A stretch of DNA of 63,505 bases, counting the filler, from Jimgerdemannia flammicorona (Eukaryota): assembly GCA_003990765.1 (NCBI GenBank). It is 3 parts of 3 records of this genome, joined end to end, with 100 filler letters (N's around TTAATTAATTAA, not from the genome) between each part and the next. Parts side by side here need not be neighbours in the genome. Positions count along the whole stretch, not along the records: positions 21,204 to 42,304 come from RBNJ01001532.1; 2 more parts are not named here. One strand, 5' to 3'. The notes beneath the pieces are model-generated. The model saw only the letters and a program-made list of their open reading frames with translations, searched no databases and had not been told where the DNA came from. Positions 24,201-36,755 of this stretch are shown in pieces. The number at the start of each line of letters is the position of its first letter. Position 1 is the stretch's first letter. The position numbers and the translations under genes were made by a program.

Positions 24201-26985
24201 TACTCCAGCATTCGGCTGTCAGAATCCAGTCAATCCTCATACCCAGTCCATTCACCCAGTGCATGTAGGCCCTCATGGTGCCCCACTTTGTTCTACCTGC
24301 ATCCCTTAAGGAGCTAAGGTGGTTCTCCACCTCCTCTCATGCATCTAGACCACCACTCCTCCCACCTGCACTTCTCCCTTCATCAGTCCTATCTAACTGT
24401 GGATCCCACACCATATTAAAGTCACCTCTCAGAATATCTACTCCCTCCTCTAAGAGAATGCCCTCCTCTAACAAATTCCTGATCCACTCAATCCTCTCAT
24501 CTCTAACCACAGGGCAGTAGCAGGAGCCAACCCTCACTGGTTCCCACTCAGGTCTATGCCACTCCCCTCAGACTAAACAGTCCCCCCAGCTCCTAATGTC
24601 CCCCAAATCTCCTCTACCCTTCTTCACCATAATTGCCACCTTGCCAATCCAAACAGTAGCTCTACCCCATTCTCTAGTCCACTCTGCCTGATCCTCAACC
24701 TCCTCACATTGGACATCCTGTAGTAAAAATAGATCAGCCTCCAATCCCTTAAGCCAAGTAAAAATATTCTTATGTCACCCAGATCCCCTTAACCCATTCA
24801 CATTTAGAGAGAAAATGTTCGTTGTACTGTTCATAAAGAATAATGTTGATTGTTGGTCTCATCCTCTACAAGTCTACATTTAACTCCTTCTGTGCTAAGT
24901 CCAAGTTATGTTCAGCAGCCAGTCCCTTCTCTATAGCTTTCTGTACCTCCAATCCTCCCAGAAGTTCAGCCAATGCCCCATCCTCTTTCTCCTCAAAGTC
25001 CTCATGGTACTCCAGACAGGCCTCCTGCCAGAGCTGCAAACCATGATGCTCTGCCCAGCAGTAGGCAGCCCGCTCACCAGCAACTACCGCCAGCTCTACC
25101 TCTCTTACCTTGTCGACCTCATATCCCTCCTTCTCTATGAAGATTGCAAGAATCTCCACTTTCAGTGCCTCCACCACCCCATCACTACACAGAATCCATG
25201 CCCAATGCTCCTCAGGCATTACCCACAGGTCCACTTCCCCCAACTCCTCAGCTGCAAGGTTATCCATCACCTTGCTCATCTACAGCAAGTTCTCCACCTC
25301 CTTCCCTCCAGGAGTCTCCAGCCACCCTGCATCCAACATCATGGTATCTGCTCTTACACTAGCAGCCTCATCCCACTCCTCCTCCAGGACATCCACCAGC
25401 TCGTCCTCACCAACTGCCACTACCTGGCCCCCTTTCGCCACATCAGGAACCCCAAAGTGGACTCACTGGGCCCTCTGCATCAGTACCTCCTCTGCTCCCC
25501 CTCTCTTTGCAACTGGGCCCCTCCTGATAAGTGGGGGGGGTGCTATCTAAATCCTGTTCCCAGACTTCGAATGTACTATCTGCATAGGGGTCCTTGCTCA
25601 GCACCTTCCCAGCCTCTTTCTTGTTCACCTCCACCTCTTCTCCTTCATTGCTAGCCCAGACACTGGCTCCAATGCCCCCAGGCTCCTCATCCTCATTTAC
25701 CTTCTTCTTTGCCCCTTCTTTCATACTGGCCAAAAGTGCCCTCTGCCTCATTTGCCCCTGGGCCCACTCCCACTGCCTCTTGTCAGTCGGATGTGCTTCC
25801 CCTCCACAATCTCCAGGTGTATTGACTCAACATAGTGCTTCCAGGCCTTCGCTCACCATTCAACTGTACCACTCAACTCCTCTAGTGCTTCCAACAAGTC
25901 CTCCTCCTCCTCCTCACTCCCCTTCACCCTTGACACCTTATAGACAAATGCCCCCCACATCAATACTGAGGGCCAGTCACTCACCTTCCCTGTGGCCTCT
26001 CTCCCTGCCAGCCTAATCCTGACATCAACATCACCTGTCCTGATTGTGGTCCCCTCCCACACCTGGAAGCTGATATCTACTATGTCACCATACTCTGCCA
26101 TTACCTCCTCCACTCTTCTCCTAGTCTCAGTCTTCATCACCGTAGGCACCCCCTTCACCAGCAACTGTACCACTCTGGGATCCCACCTAAGGCAACACAC
26201 CATAGGGACCACCACTTCCCCGACCACCACTCTAGTCTTTAGTGCCTCATCCAGCAGGCCTGCCTTCTCAAAGCCCACCTCAACCCCCTCCAGCCCCTTC
26301 AGGAATTTCACTGAGGCTGCCTCAGCCACCTGCTGTGAGACAAGCCCCAGGATCATCCTTGCAGTTACCACTAAGCCCCAGAAGCACAAAGTAGCTACAA
26401 ACTCCAAAATTGACTTCTTGAGTAATGGCACCACTGCTAGCCCTGTCATATCATCAGCCAGGTCCCTCATCCACTTTGGGCCCATCTGCCCAGCCTCACC
26501 ATCAGCCATCACATCTGGATTTTTCTCCAGATTCTCAGTCATACCACTATCAGCAGTCCTGCCACTACCCCCAGAAGCCACCCCACCAGCCCAACCACCC
26601 ACCGGCAGAGGACCAGCTCCTCCAGCTCCTCTAGCCCCCCCAACCTTCTGCTTCCCCTTTCCTCCTGCCTGCCCACCCCGAGTCCCCATCAGCCAACCAC
26701 CATCTCTCAGCATATCTGTAAAGCTCCTCCCTGTCTGCCCTCCAGTTCCACCACCAGTGCCACTTCCACTGCCTGAGCTGCCCTGCCCACTCTGACCACC
26801 GAAAGACCCCATCTCCAGTTCATACCCTCTCCCGACATACTGCCAGTTGAAGGCCCCAGGTCTACCTGACCTAGTATGTACATCTGCTTGCTTACTAATT
26901 GACATTGCCTTAATACCTTTCTTCAATAAATGACTTGAAAGTATATTGTAAAGTGTGTATAATGTGAATTGTAGTGGAGAAAGGT
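21204..26985 (-). mobile_element. L1-clade non-LTR retrotransposon, near full length, decayed
   Basis: ORF1 runs from ~26905 to 24866 and ORF2 from 24834. APE motif GDFNMV, WRPIMLLDMDRK, FLDQEKAYD, GVPQGDPLS and AFVDD. Many stops and frameshifts; CpG nearly absent. The 3' end is cut by the contig edge. Confidence 0.93.
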
Positions 26986-27180
26986 GGAATGACTATCTTC
27001 TCTCTCATTCTAATATTATCAAAAAAAATAGTTACCTATATTTAGTACTCCCAATGAATTAAATCAAAGATCCAATTTTAATTCAAATTGAATTAAAGAT
27101 CCAATTTAATTTGAGATTTAATTTGAACTCTATTTTTTAAAATATAATAACTTGATAAAAACATGTTCAAATTTAATGAT

Positions 27181-28226
27181 TTTTTTTTTTTTTTTTTTTA
27201 ATAGACTCAAAGTCCTGTGGATTTTTATTGGAAGAGAACCTAGACAGTATAGGTCAAAACCCTCCCCCATCACCTACTGAGTACTGCCTCTTTATTAACC
27301 TAGGCTAGCTATTATTCAGTAGCTTGACTATATCAGATACAGCAGAACCTATAGTGGCCTGTACCTCATTCTGTGCACCATACTCTCTCTACCACCAGGG
27401 GGAACTCAGCTATATACCAATGACTGAAAGTGTATACCTGAAACCCCAATGTATATATAAGGTTATGTCCAAACTGAATAGAATAGCCTCTGCCACTCTA
27501 AGAAGAATGATAGGTAAAGAAAAAACTCTTATCAAAGTACATCATAGTAGATAGGACCTAGTTCTCTCAGATGAGATGAGTAAAGGACTTATATGTGAGG
27601 CAGGAGGAGACCTCTACTTAAGCCTGCAGGCCTCAATCATATTGCTATATCAGCTTTCAGTTTTAGTTAAGTATAGCCAAGATGTCTGAAATAGATAGCC
27701 TCAGGCCCCCTGATCCCCCTCAATATCTAGGACCTAACTCCACATATTACCAAAAGAAGTCAAGAGTGACACCTACTACCTAACTACTCTGCACCAATCA
27801 AAAGGTCTCACTGAGCAGCACCTGCCCCAGCCCTGATGACTACCCCCAGTCTGATACCCTACTGGTTCACTGTTATCACCCATCCTCTTATCTGTGATAG
27901 CCATCTCCCCTCTCATCTTAATAATACCTGAAAAATAGTTACATATGTCAGAACTACACTCACCAGAAGCTTGCCAAAGCTAGAGGGCCCTACCACAGAT
28001 ACCAAGAACCTGCAGATAATCTATACTGGGTACTTAATACTCAAGATTGGCCAACTCCTATATAACCTATAATGTACTAAGATAACACCTTATTAGCAAC
28101 AGCAAAAGAAAGATAGTACTATACCAAAATAGATATATCCCAGATGTAGTTGAAGACACCAAAACTGTAAAAAAGTGGAGAAGATACTGATTGGACACCA
28201 ATAAAAGGGCAACTCATCACTATTGT

Positions 28227-28262
<36 letters not shown>

Positions 28263-29580
28263 GTACTCAAAGTCTCACAGATTTTTATTAGAAGAGAACC
28301 TAGACTATATAGGCCAAAACCCTCCCCTACCACCCATCAAGTACTGCCTTCTCATTAACCTAGGCTAACTATTGTCCAGTAGCTTGACCATACTAGGTAT
28401 AGCAGGGCCTATTTTGGCCTGCACCTCATTCTGTATACCATGCTTTCTCTACCACCAGGGAGAACTCAGCCATATGCTAATGACTGAAAGCATATGCCCA
28501 AAACCCCAATATATGTATAAGACCATGCTCAAGCTGAATAGAATAGCTCCTGTCACTCTAAAGAGAATAACAGATAAAGAAAAAACTCTCATCAAAGTAT
28601 ATCATAGTGGATAGGGCCTAGTTCTCTCAGATGAGATAAGTAGAGAACTTACACATGAGGTAGGAGGAGACTCTCAATACTCCACTACTCAAGCCTATAG
28701 GCCTTGATCATATTGCTATATCAGCTTCTGGTTCTAGTTGAGTACAGCTAAGATGTCTGAAATGGGTAGCCTCAGGCCTCCCAACCCCCTCAATGACTGG
28801 GGCCCAACTCACTGAATTATCAAAAGAAGCTGAGAGTGACACCTACTACCTAACTGCTCTGCACCAATCAAAAGGCCCCACCAAAGCAGCACCCACTCTA
28901 ACCCTGATGACCACCCCCAGCCTAACACTCTACTGGTTTACCATAATTACCCTTCCTCCTATCTGTGATGACCATCTCCTCTCCCATCCTGACAATACCT
29001 GAAAAACAGTCACTTATGCCAGAACTATGCTCACTGGGAAGCTCACCAAAGCCAGAGGGCCTCACTATAGATACTAAGGACCTGCAGATAACCTATTGGG
29101 CACTCAACACCCCAAGATTAACCAACTCTCTACATAATTCATAGCATACTGAGACAGTATCTTGTTGGTAATAGCAAATAGAAGAAGATGCTGCATCAAA
29201 ATAGATATATTCCAAACACAGCCAAAGGCACTAGAAACCATGAAAAAATAGAGAAGACACTAATCAGACATCAATAAAAGGGCAACTTATTATCATTACC
29301 TCTCTCTCACTACTCTGCAACAGATACAGTAAACCAATCTGAGATAGAGAGGGTATAATTGTGGAAAGTAGACTCAGAAGATTGCCTACCAAACCATTGT
29401 GACCAGTAAGGTAGTAGAAAAAGGGGTATCCCAGATTGTCATCACCATTGTCTCTCTCTCACTGCTCTGCAATAGGTATAGCAAACCAACTTGAGGTAGA
29501 GGAGGTAATAATTGTAGAAAGTGGACTCAGAAGATTGCCTACCAAACCATTATGACTGATAAGGTAGCAGAGAAAGGGGC
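27181..29580 (-). mobile_element. Poly(A) retroposon copy A (SINE-like, interrupted by copy B)
   Basis: Poly-T at ~27180, body to 28230, resumes 29439-29580 ending GCAGAGAAAGGGGC. Flanked by TSD AAATTTAAT(G/A)AT. Confidence 0.8.
28231..29438 (-). mobile_element. Poly(A) retroposon copy B (SINE-like, ~1.2 kb)
   Basis: Poly-T start; collinear with copies A and D; ~17-bp TSD TCATCAC(T/C)ATTGTCTCT on both sides. Confidence 0.82.
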
Positions 29581-30008
29581 AAATTTAATAATCTTTAGCT
29601 TATTGAATTTCTTTATATAAAAGGAATCTAATAAGCTAAAGATTATTAAATTTAGACATGTTTTCATTAAGATATTATATTTTGAAAATAGAGTTCAAAT
29701 TAGATCCTTAATTTGATTCATTTAGGAGTACTACCTATACTAGAACTATAATTACTAAAAAGCTTATCAAAGCTCAGAGAGCTCTACTACAGATACTGAT
29801 AAACTGCAGATAACTTATACTGATATTTGATACTCAAGATCAGCTGACTTCTTATATAGCCTGTAATATATTAAGATGATATCTTATTAATAATAGCAAA
29901 AGAAAGAAGATGCTATATTAAAATAGATATATATACCTCAGATATAGTTAGAGATATATATCAGAAACTATGAATAAGTAGAAAAAGCACTAATCTGATA
30001 CTAATAAA

Positions 30009-30610
30009 TAGTGCTCCTAACGAGTCAATTTAATCCGGATTGGATTCGGATTGATTCGGATTGAATCCCATCCGAATCAACTCGGATGGATTCGAATCAA
30101 CCATTGTTTTGATTTCCAAATTAGATAATTAAATATTTACATCAATAACTCAATTAATAATCATCCAAATTTGATGATCTTGGTGTCATTTGAAAGCCCT
30201 TAATAAGGCCTATCTAATGATACCATGAACATTGAAATCCGATTATGCGTTACTGAGTTATGAAGGAAACCGTCTGAATCGCCAATTTTGGAAATTCTTC
30301 GATTTGCCGATTTTGGAAATTTCATCAAATAGAACGTTTTCCTTAATATCTCGGCAACGCGTAATCCGATTTTAATGTTCTTGATATAATTAGAAAGGCC
30401 TTATTAAGGGATTTCAAATGACACTAAGATCATCAAATTTGGATGATTATTCATCGAGTTATTGATGTAAACATTTAATTGTCCAATTTGGAAATCAAAA
30501 CAATGGTTGATTCGAATCCATCCGGATGGGATTCGAATCCAATCCGAGTTGATCCGGATGGGATTCGAATCCATCCGAATCCCATCCGGATTGACTCGTT
30601 CGGAGCACTA
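30009..30610. mobile_element. Young hAT-type MITE, fold-back structure (602 bp)
   Basis: TIR TAGTGCTCC(T/G)AACGAGTCAAT. Perfect 8-bp TSD CTAATAAA (30001-30008 and 30611-30618). Long imperfect inverted arms, subterminal GGATT/CGAATCC repeats, CpGs retained. Confidence 0.93.
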
Positions 30611-31001
30611 CTAATAAAGAAACAACTCATTACTATTATCTTTCTCTCACTATTCTTTAACAGATATAACAAACTATACTAGAGTAAAAAAAATAAAGTT
30701 AAGAGAAAAGAGACTTAGATAGTTACTCACTAATATCTTATAACTAGGATAATAGTAAAGAATAGAGCTACTGTTGAAATGTTAATTCTTACTTATTTTG
30801 ATTATGGTAGTGAAAAAAAAAAATAGTCATATAATTCAATCTTGAATATGGCTACCAGTCATGTGATGTGGTTTAAAAAGAGTAGTGATTTGACTGTCAC
30901 ACATATATAGTATGTAGACGACCTTTCACCAGTAACATTCGGGTGACACAAGACTCAGACAATACTTTTTACAACGTTTTTGGTGTCCAACAACTAGTAA
31001 C

Positions 31002-32924
31002 ATGGACAGCAATGATCAAACTGGTGGGTGTACTGGCCAGGGGGGTGACAGTGCCTTTGGCTGGCAGCAGGTGGGGAGGAGGGGAGATGGTTTGGGGATG
31101 CCAGAGGCCTTGATGACAGATAGAGGTACTGGCAGTAGTGGAAGGGGTGGTTTGAGGTAGAGAGGAGGAGAGAGGTCAACCTTTGCAGACAAGGTCAGAA
31201 TGGGGCAGATGGCTTCTGGGTTGGATGGTTGGCTGGGCTTGGGGAAGGCATCAACGGTGGCTGCTGGGGGACAGGGAGGTGTGCCCAGGGGAGCCTCTGG
31301 TGGTAGAGTAGGAGCCGGAGTAGGGGCTGGAGATGGTGCTGTGACTGCTGATGGGGCTGTGACTGGGAATCTGGCAAAAAATCCAGATGTGACGGTGGTT
31401 GGCAATTCGGGACTGGGAGCAGGCACGAGGCCCAGAGACCTGGCAGATAGCATGATGGGCATGGTGTCGGCCCCATTACTCAAGAAGTCGAGGTCGGAAT
31501 TTATGGTCACTATGTACTTCTGGGGCTTGGCGGTGACAGCAAGGATGATTCTGGGGCTGGTGGCACAGGAGGCGAAGGGAGCAGCATCAGTGAAGTTTTT
31601 GAAGGGAAAGGAGGGGGTTGAGGTGGGGTTTGAGGAGGAAGACGCCCTGTTGGTAGCCATGGAGAAGGGGGTGACAGTTGGCGGGGTGGTGATCCCTATG
31701 GCTCGTTGCATGTGCTGGAACCCCCGGGTGGTACAGTTGACGGTGTTGGATCTCCCGACTATGGCAAAGGAGAGGACCAGAGAGCTGGTTGTGGAGGCGA
31801 TCAAGGAATTTGGAGAGATTGTGGACGTTGGGTTCAAGGTCTGGGAGGGCACGATGCTGAGGACTAGTGATGTCGATGTCAGGGTGAGGCTGTTTGGGAA
31901 GGAGAATACAGGAAAGTTGAGGGACTGGCCAGTGACTCTGAGGTGGGGACCAGTGGAGTGTAAGGTTGCAAGGGTGAAGGGGACTCAGGAGGAGGAGGAG
32001 GACCTGTTGGAGGCACTGGAGGACCTGGAAGGGGCTGTTGCAAGGAGGAGATTGGCCTGGAAGGAGTTTGAGGCCAGTACGGTGGTAGGGGAGGTAGAGG
32101 GAAAGAGGGTCCGGATGGAGAAGGGGGCTTGGGAGAAGATGCAGGGAAGGAAAATTCAGAAGGAGCTACTGGTGAGGTTGGGTGGGGATAGGGCTGATGG
32201 GAGCTCAGAGGAGGTAGCTGCAGGGCTGCAGGAGAGTGTCTGGGCTGAGGGGGGAGGAATGGCCCAGGGTGGGGCACAGATTGGAGGGGGGGAAGAGACG
32301 GGTGGCGAGTTGGAGGTGGATGCCGAAATGGGGGAGGGTGTGCACCCTCAGTATAGTGTCCCGGGCAGGGCAGAGGGGGAGGAGGAGCTGCTGGATGTGC
32401 CGGATGAAGAGTGGGATGAGTCGGTGAGGAGGAGTGCACTGATGGACCCCGAGGTAGATGGGGGACAAATTGCTCAGGGTGTGGCGGAGGCAGTGGATGA
32501 GGAGAAGTGGATGTGGAAGACCTTGGAAGGGGTTGCGGCTGAAGAGCTGGGGGGTGAGGACTTCCGGGTGATAGAAGAGAGGCATTGGGAGGAGATCCTT
32601 CGAGGGGAGGAAGTGCCAAGGAAGATGAGGAATGAGATCCTGGCTGTCCTCCTGGAGTCAGTTGAATACCAAGTGGATGATCAGCAGGAGGAGGAACTCC
32701 GGAAGATTGCAAGTGATAGGGCACTTTTCTTGTGGAACTCGAGGAAGGGACTGGAGAAGTGGCATACAGTCTGCTTGGACTACTGGTCAGATATGGAAGT
32801 CGTGGATGGGGTGGAATGTCAGGAAATCTTGGAGGCATTGGATGCTCAGGCTATTGTGGAGGACGACTTGGAAGCTGAACGGCGCTTGGATCTGACTGGG
32901 GATGAGATGAGCATGGAATATTAG
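31002..32924 (+). pseudogene. LINE ORF1 (Gly-rich N-terminus, RRM-like core, acidic C-terminus)
   Basis: ATG at 31002, one in-frame TAG at 31158, then a 574-aa open stretch homologous to the ORF1s at 26905 and 44128. Confidence 0.85.
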
Positions 32925-32955
32925 GTTGGGGTCGACAAATCAACATTCCTTCAAT

Positions 32956-35900
32956 ATGAACAGTACAATCAAGATATTCTCATTGAACGTTAATGGGTTG
33001 CGGGGGACTGCTAGGAGGAAATGCATATTTGGATGGCTTAAGGGACTGGACGCGGACCTCTTCTTGTTACAGGATGTTAGATATGAGGAAGATGTGGACC
33101 TACAGGATTGGATGAAGGAATGGGGGGGTGCGGCAGTCTGGAGGGGGAAAGTGTGTATTCTTGTTCAGAAAGGGAGGGGGGACATTGTGGACATTGGACA
33201 TTGGGGGTCTCAGGTGGTGTGGGGTATGTGGAAGAGGCCTGGAAGGGGCTCGTTGACAGTTGGGTCTTGTTATTGCCCAGCTGATAGAGGAGAGAGGGTG
33301 GATTGGATTCGCTATTTGAAAGAGGCTGGTGTATTAGGAGAGATTGGCCTGGATTGTATGGGGGGGGACTTCAATATGGTACAGGATAAGGAGGTGGATA
33401 GAACAGATGGTGGGAGAGGGGTGTGGGGCGAAAGTGGTGGGCTGGGCGAATGGCTGGAAATAGAGAGATTGTGTTCTTTAGTGGACTCAGAAAGACACCT
33501 CTGGGCTGATCGGTGGGTGTGCACCCACTGGGCAGCAGGGCTAGGCTCAAGGATTGACTGGGTGCTAATGGCGGAGTATTGGGGTGCAGATGTCTGGTCG
33601 ATGCTGGAAGTGGTATGGTGTCCATGGTCTGATCACTGGGGACTGCTTGGAGGGGGGAGGTTTGGGGGAAATGAGGATGGGCCTGGACATTGGTGGCTAA
33701 ATTCCTCATTGTTGGAGGATAGGGTGGTGTGAGAGGGTTGGGAGGTGGAGGTGGTTGGGAAGATCTGTAGGTGGCGGAAACAGGGCCTGGGGATTGGAGA
33801 CCATTGGAGAAGACTGAAGTCAACTGCCCAGAGGTATTGGAGGGAAGCGGGGAAAGGGAAGGGTACCCAGCGAAGGCAGAAGGTGCTGTGGGCCTCATGG
33901 CATCTGGCAGCTCTCTTGGGGAGATGGGCAGATGTGCTAGAAGATGGGGACGTGACTGATTGGCATATTGTGAGAATCCGGCAGGAGGTCAATGAGCTTA
34001 CTGGAGTGTTACATAAGGAGGAGGAGGTGAAGCTGCAGGGGATGGTGGCCTGATTGCAGTGGCAGGGGCTGGAGGAAGGAGAGAGGCCTACTAGGTTTTT
34101 GTCGAGGATATTACAAGCCTGACAAATGAGGCAGAGATGGGAAGGGGTTCTGGACATGAACGGTGAGCTGGTGGTGGGGTCGCTGGCAATTCTGGGCATA
34201 TTGAGGGACCGGTGGGGGAACTTGTGGAGTGAGGAGGAGGGAGGACTGGATGCTCTGAACGTTGAGAGGCAGCTGGGGGATGGGCACCCAGACCCTGTGA
34301 TGGGGCTTGGGACATTGGGGGACCCAGTGTGTGGCAAGGAAATTCGCTGAGTTATAGCCTCAACGAGTAAAGGAACTGCTCCAGGAGAAGATGGGCTTCT
34401 CTGGGATTTTTGGCAGAAAATGGTTGGTGTTGATGAGGTGCTAGCGGAGATGACTACTATGTGTGATGAAGTTCTTCGGTCTGGTGCCTGGATTGGGGGA
34501 CAGCATTTAGGGTTAGTCTCCTTGCTCTACAAGAACAAGGGGAGGCGAGAGGACTGAAAGAACTGGCGGCCTATTATGCTTCTCGACATGGACCACAAAT
34601 TGGTGACCAAGATCTTGGTGATAAGGCTGCAAGGCATTGCTCAACAGGTGCTTGGTGTGAAGCAGCATGGGTTTGTTGGTGGTTGGTTGATTTGAGATGG
34701 GACAGCTTGGGTTCATGGAGTAATTGAAGGTGCCCAGGTGGTAGGGGTTGATGGACGTCTGGTGTTTCTGGACCAGGAGAAGGCTTATGATAGAGTGTGG
34801 AGGATTTGGCTGGAGGGGGTGCTGAAATGGATTGGTATCCCCCTGGGGTTCCGAGGTTCTTTGATCAGTCTCTTGGAGGACAGCCAGGCGGCATTGGTTG
34901 TTAATGGTCACAGGGGGGTGACTTTTCCCCTGGGCCGTGGGGTGCCCCAAGGGGACCCCCTGTCGCCCATATTGTATGCCCTTTCTCTGGAGCCTCTACT
35001 GGACAGGATTTGGCACCGAATTGGGGGTTTGGACATTTTAGGGGTGAATTGGAAGGTGGGGGCCTTTGCTGATGACATGGTGGTCGGGCTGGGCTCCCTG
35101 GTGGATGTAGGGGAGTTACAGGGTTCTGTGGAATGGTATGAGAGAGGCTCTGGTGCCAAGCTGAACTGGCACAAGTGCGAGACTCTGGTGCTAGGTAATG
35201 GAATTATTGGTGGCAAGATCATTGGGACAGTGGTACCTGCTGGAGAACCGGTTCGATATCTGGGGATCTACTTTTCAGTGTTCGGCTCTCTTCTTCCCCA
35301 GGCATGGTGGGAGCGTCAACTATTGGAGTGGGGAAATGTTCTGCTGCATTGGGGAGGCCGGCATATGTCCCTAGCTAGAAGGGTGATGGTACTGAATGTA
35401 TATTGGATGCTGAAGCTGTGGTACATGGGTTATCATTTAGACTTCCCAACTTAGGTGATCAAGGGGCTGTTAAAGATGGCGAGGTCATGGATCTGGGGAG
35501 GGAAGCGGAGCCAGATCAGGTGGGAGGTGCTCACTCTGCCCTTAGAATGAGGTGGGCTGGGCTTAGTGGACTTTACTAAGCAGCTCCTATGCCTTCGAGC
35601 TTGGTGGCTGAGGAGGGCGAGTGAGCTTCGAGGTCGGGAGTGGGTGCCACTCATACAGCAGTTGTGGGAGGTTCGGTACTCTCCATGTGGTGGCTCGGGT
35701 GACCTGCTCACAATGGTGGCCATGGCGGGAAGCGGGAGGATGCAGTTTACGGGCTTCTGGTGGGGGGTGGTGGATAGTGCTAAGAAGATTGGACTTTGAT
35801 GGTGTGGTGATGAAGTTGAGGAGGATTGGGGACCGTGGATGTGGCGGTGGGACAGGCTGCTATTGGGTGGTGTCCTGGTGGAGGACTTTCAGCTCGGTGA

Positions 35901-36558
35901 GAGTCTGGAGTGTCTGCGAGGCCTAGGGGGAGACTTGTGGCCTGAAGCCTGGCAGAGGGTTGGCATTGGTGAGGAGTGGGACTGGAATGGACTCTGGCTC
36001 TGGAGCAAAAGGGTGAGGCAGTGGCTGCCCCCCAAGTTCTGGGTGATATGGTGGCGTGTCCTATGGCAGAATGTGATATTGAACTATCAGTCTGGGCACT
36101 TGGTGGATGGTGGAGTATTTGAGTGTGAGGAGTGTTGCAATGTAGGACAGGAGGGAGGCATGGTACAAATGCCTGAACATTGGCTTGGTAAATGTGAGGT
36201 TTTGGAAGAATTCTGGGGTAGTATTGGGAACCGAGTGGGGCTGAGTACTCTGGAGGGAGAGGGAGGGGGGAGATGGGGAGAGCTCTGTCGGCGACTGGTG
36301 GGGGGAGTTGGAGATGAGTGGCTGACCCTTGGGTGGGCTTTGGCTGTGTGGGTCAGGTTGGTGGGACATTGGGTGCATGTGTTTGAGGATGGACAATCAG
36401 TTGGCACTGGGGAAAAAATGGTGCATTGGGAATGGTTGCTTTTGGACATTTTGAATAGCTGGTGGCAGGGCTGGGGGCTGGGTGGAGGGGGTCACAGGGG
36501 GTTGGTGCAGCACATCATCCTGAAGAGTGGGGGAAGAATTTGGGTTATGAGTGATTGA
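32956..36558 (+). pseudogene. LINE ORF2: APE endonuclease, reverse transcriptase and C-terminal Cys/His knuckle
   Basis: All fragments lie in one frame: SLNVNGL, LLQDV, GDFN, RIDW, WSDH; LDQEKAYDRV, GVPQGDPLSP, AFADD, RYLGI; CEEC..EHWLGKC. Broken only by point stops. Confidence 0.93.
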
Positions 36559-36755
36559 GTGGTGATCAGGCAGGGAGAGATTGAAGGGGGAGGCCTGGGC
36601 CCAGGGGGCATTGGTTGAGGGATAGAGTGAAATTATATTATATGTACTATAGAATTAGTAATAAAGGGCAGTCCAAGTGACTATAAACAAAAAAAAAAAA
36701 AAAAAAAAAAAAAATATATATATATAAATAAAAAAAAAATATAAAAAAAAAAAAA

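Larger units (their letters stand above)
27043..29733. mobile_element. Old hAT-type MITE with nested retroposons
   Basis: Ends are TAGTACTCCCAATGAAT and ATTCATTTAGGAGTACTA. The 8-bp TSD is CCTATATT/CCTATACT. Arms 27043-27180 and 29581-29733 are inverted copies. Confidence 0.8.
26989..30770 (-). mobile_element. Poly(A) retroposon copy C (oldest; split by two MITEs and truncated by the L1)
   Basis: Segments 26989-27042, 29734-30008 and 30611-30770 are collinear with 28968-29430 of copy B but much more AT-shifted. Confidence 0.7.
30915..36752 (+). mobile_element. Full-length L1-clade non-LTR retrotransposon (second subfamily)
   Basis: Short 5' UTR, ORF1, ORF2 and an A-rich tail ~36689-36752. 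The 5' boundary is approximate. Confidence 0.93.

Noticed and set aside
24908..26795. Long plus-strand ORFs, also 31016-32838 (-) and 42434-44097 (+)
   Set aside because: These are antisense shadows of the G-rich LINE ORF1.
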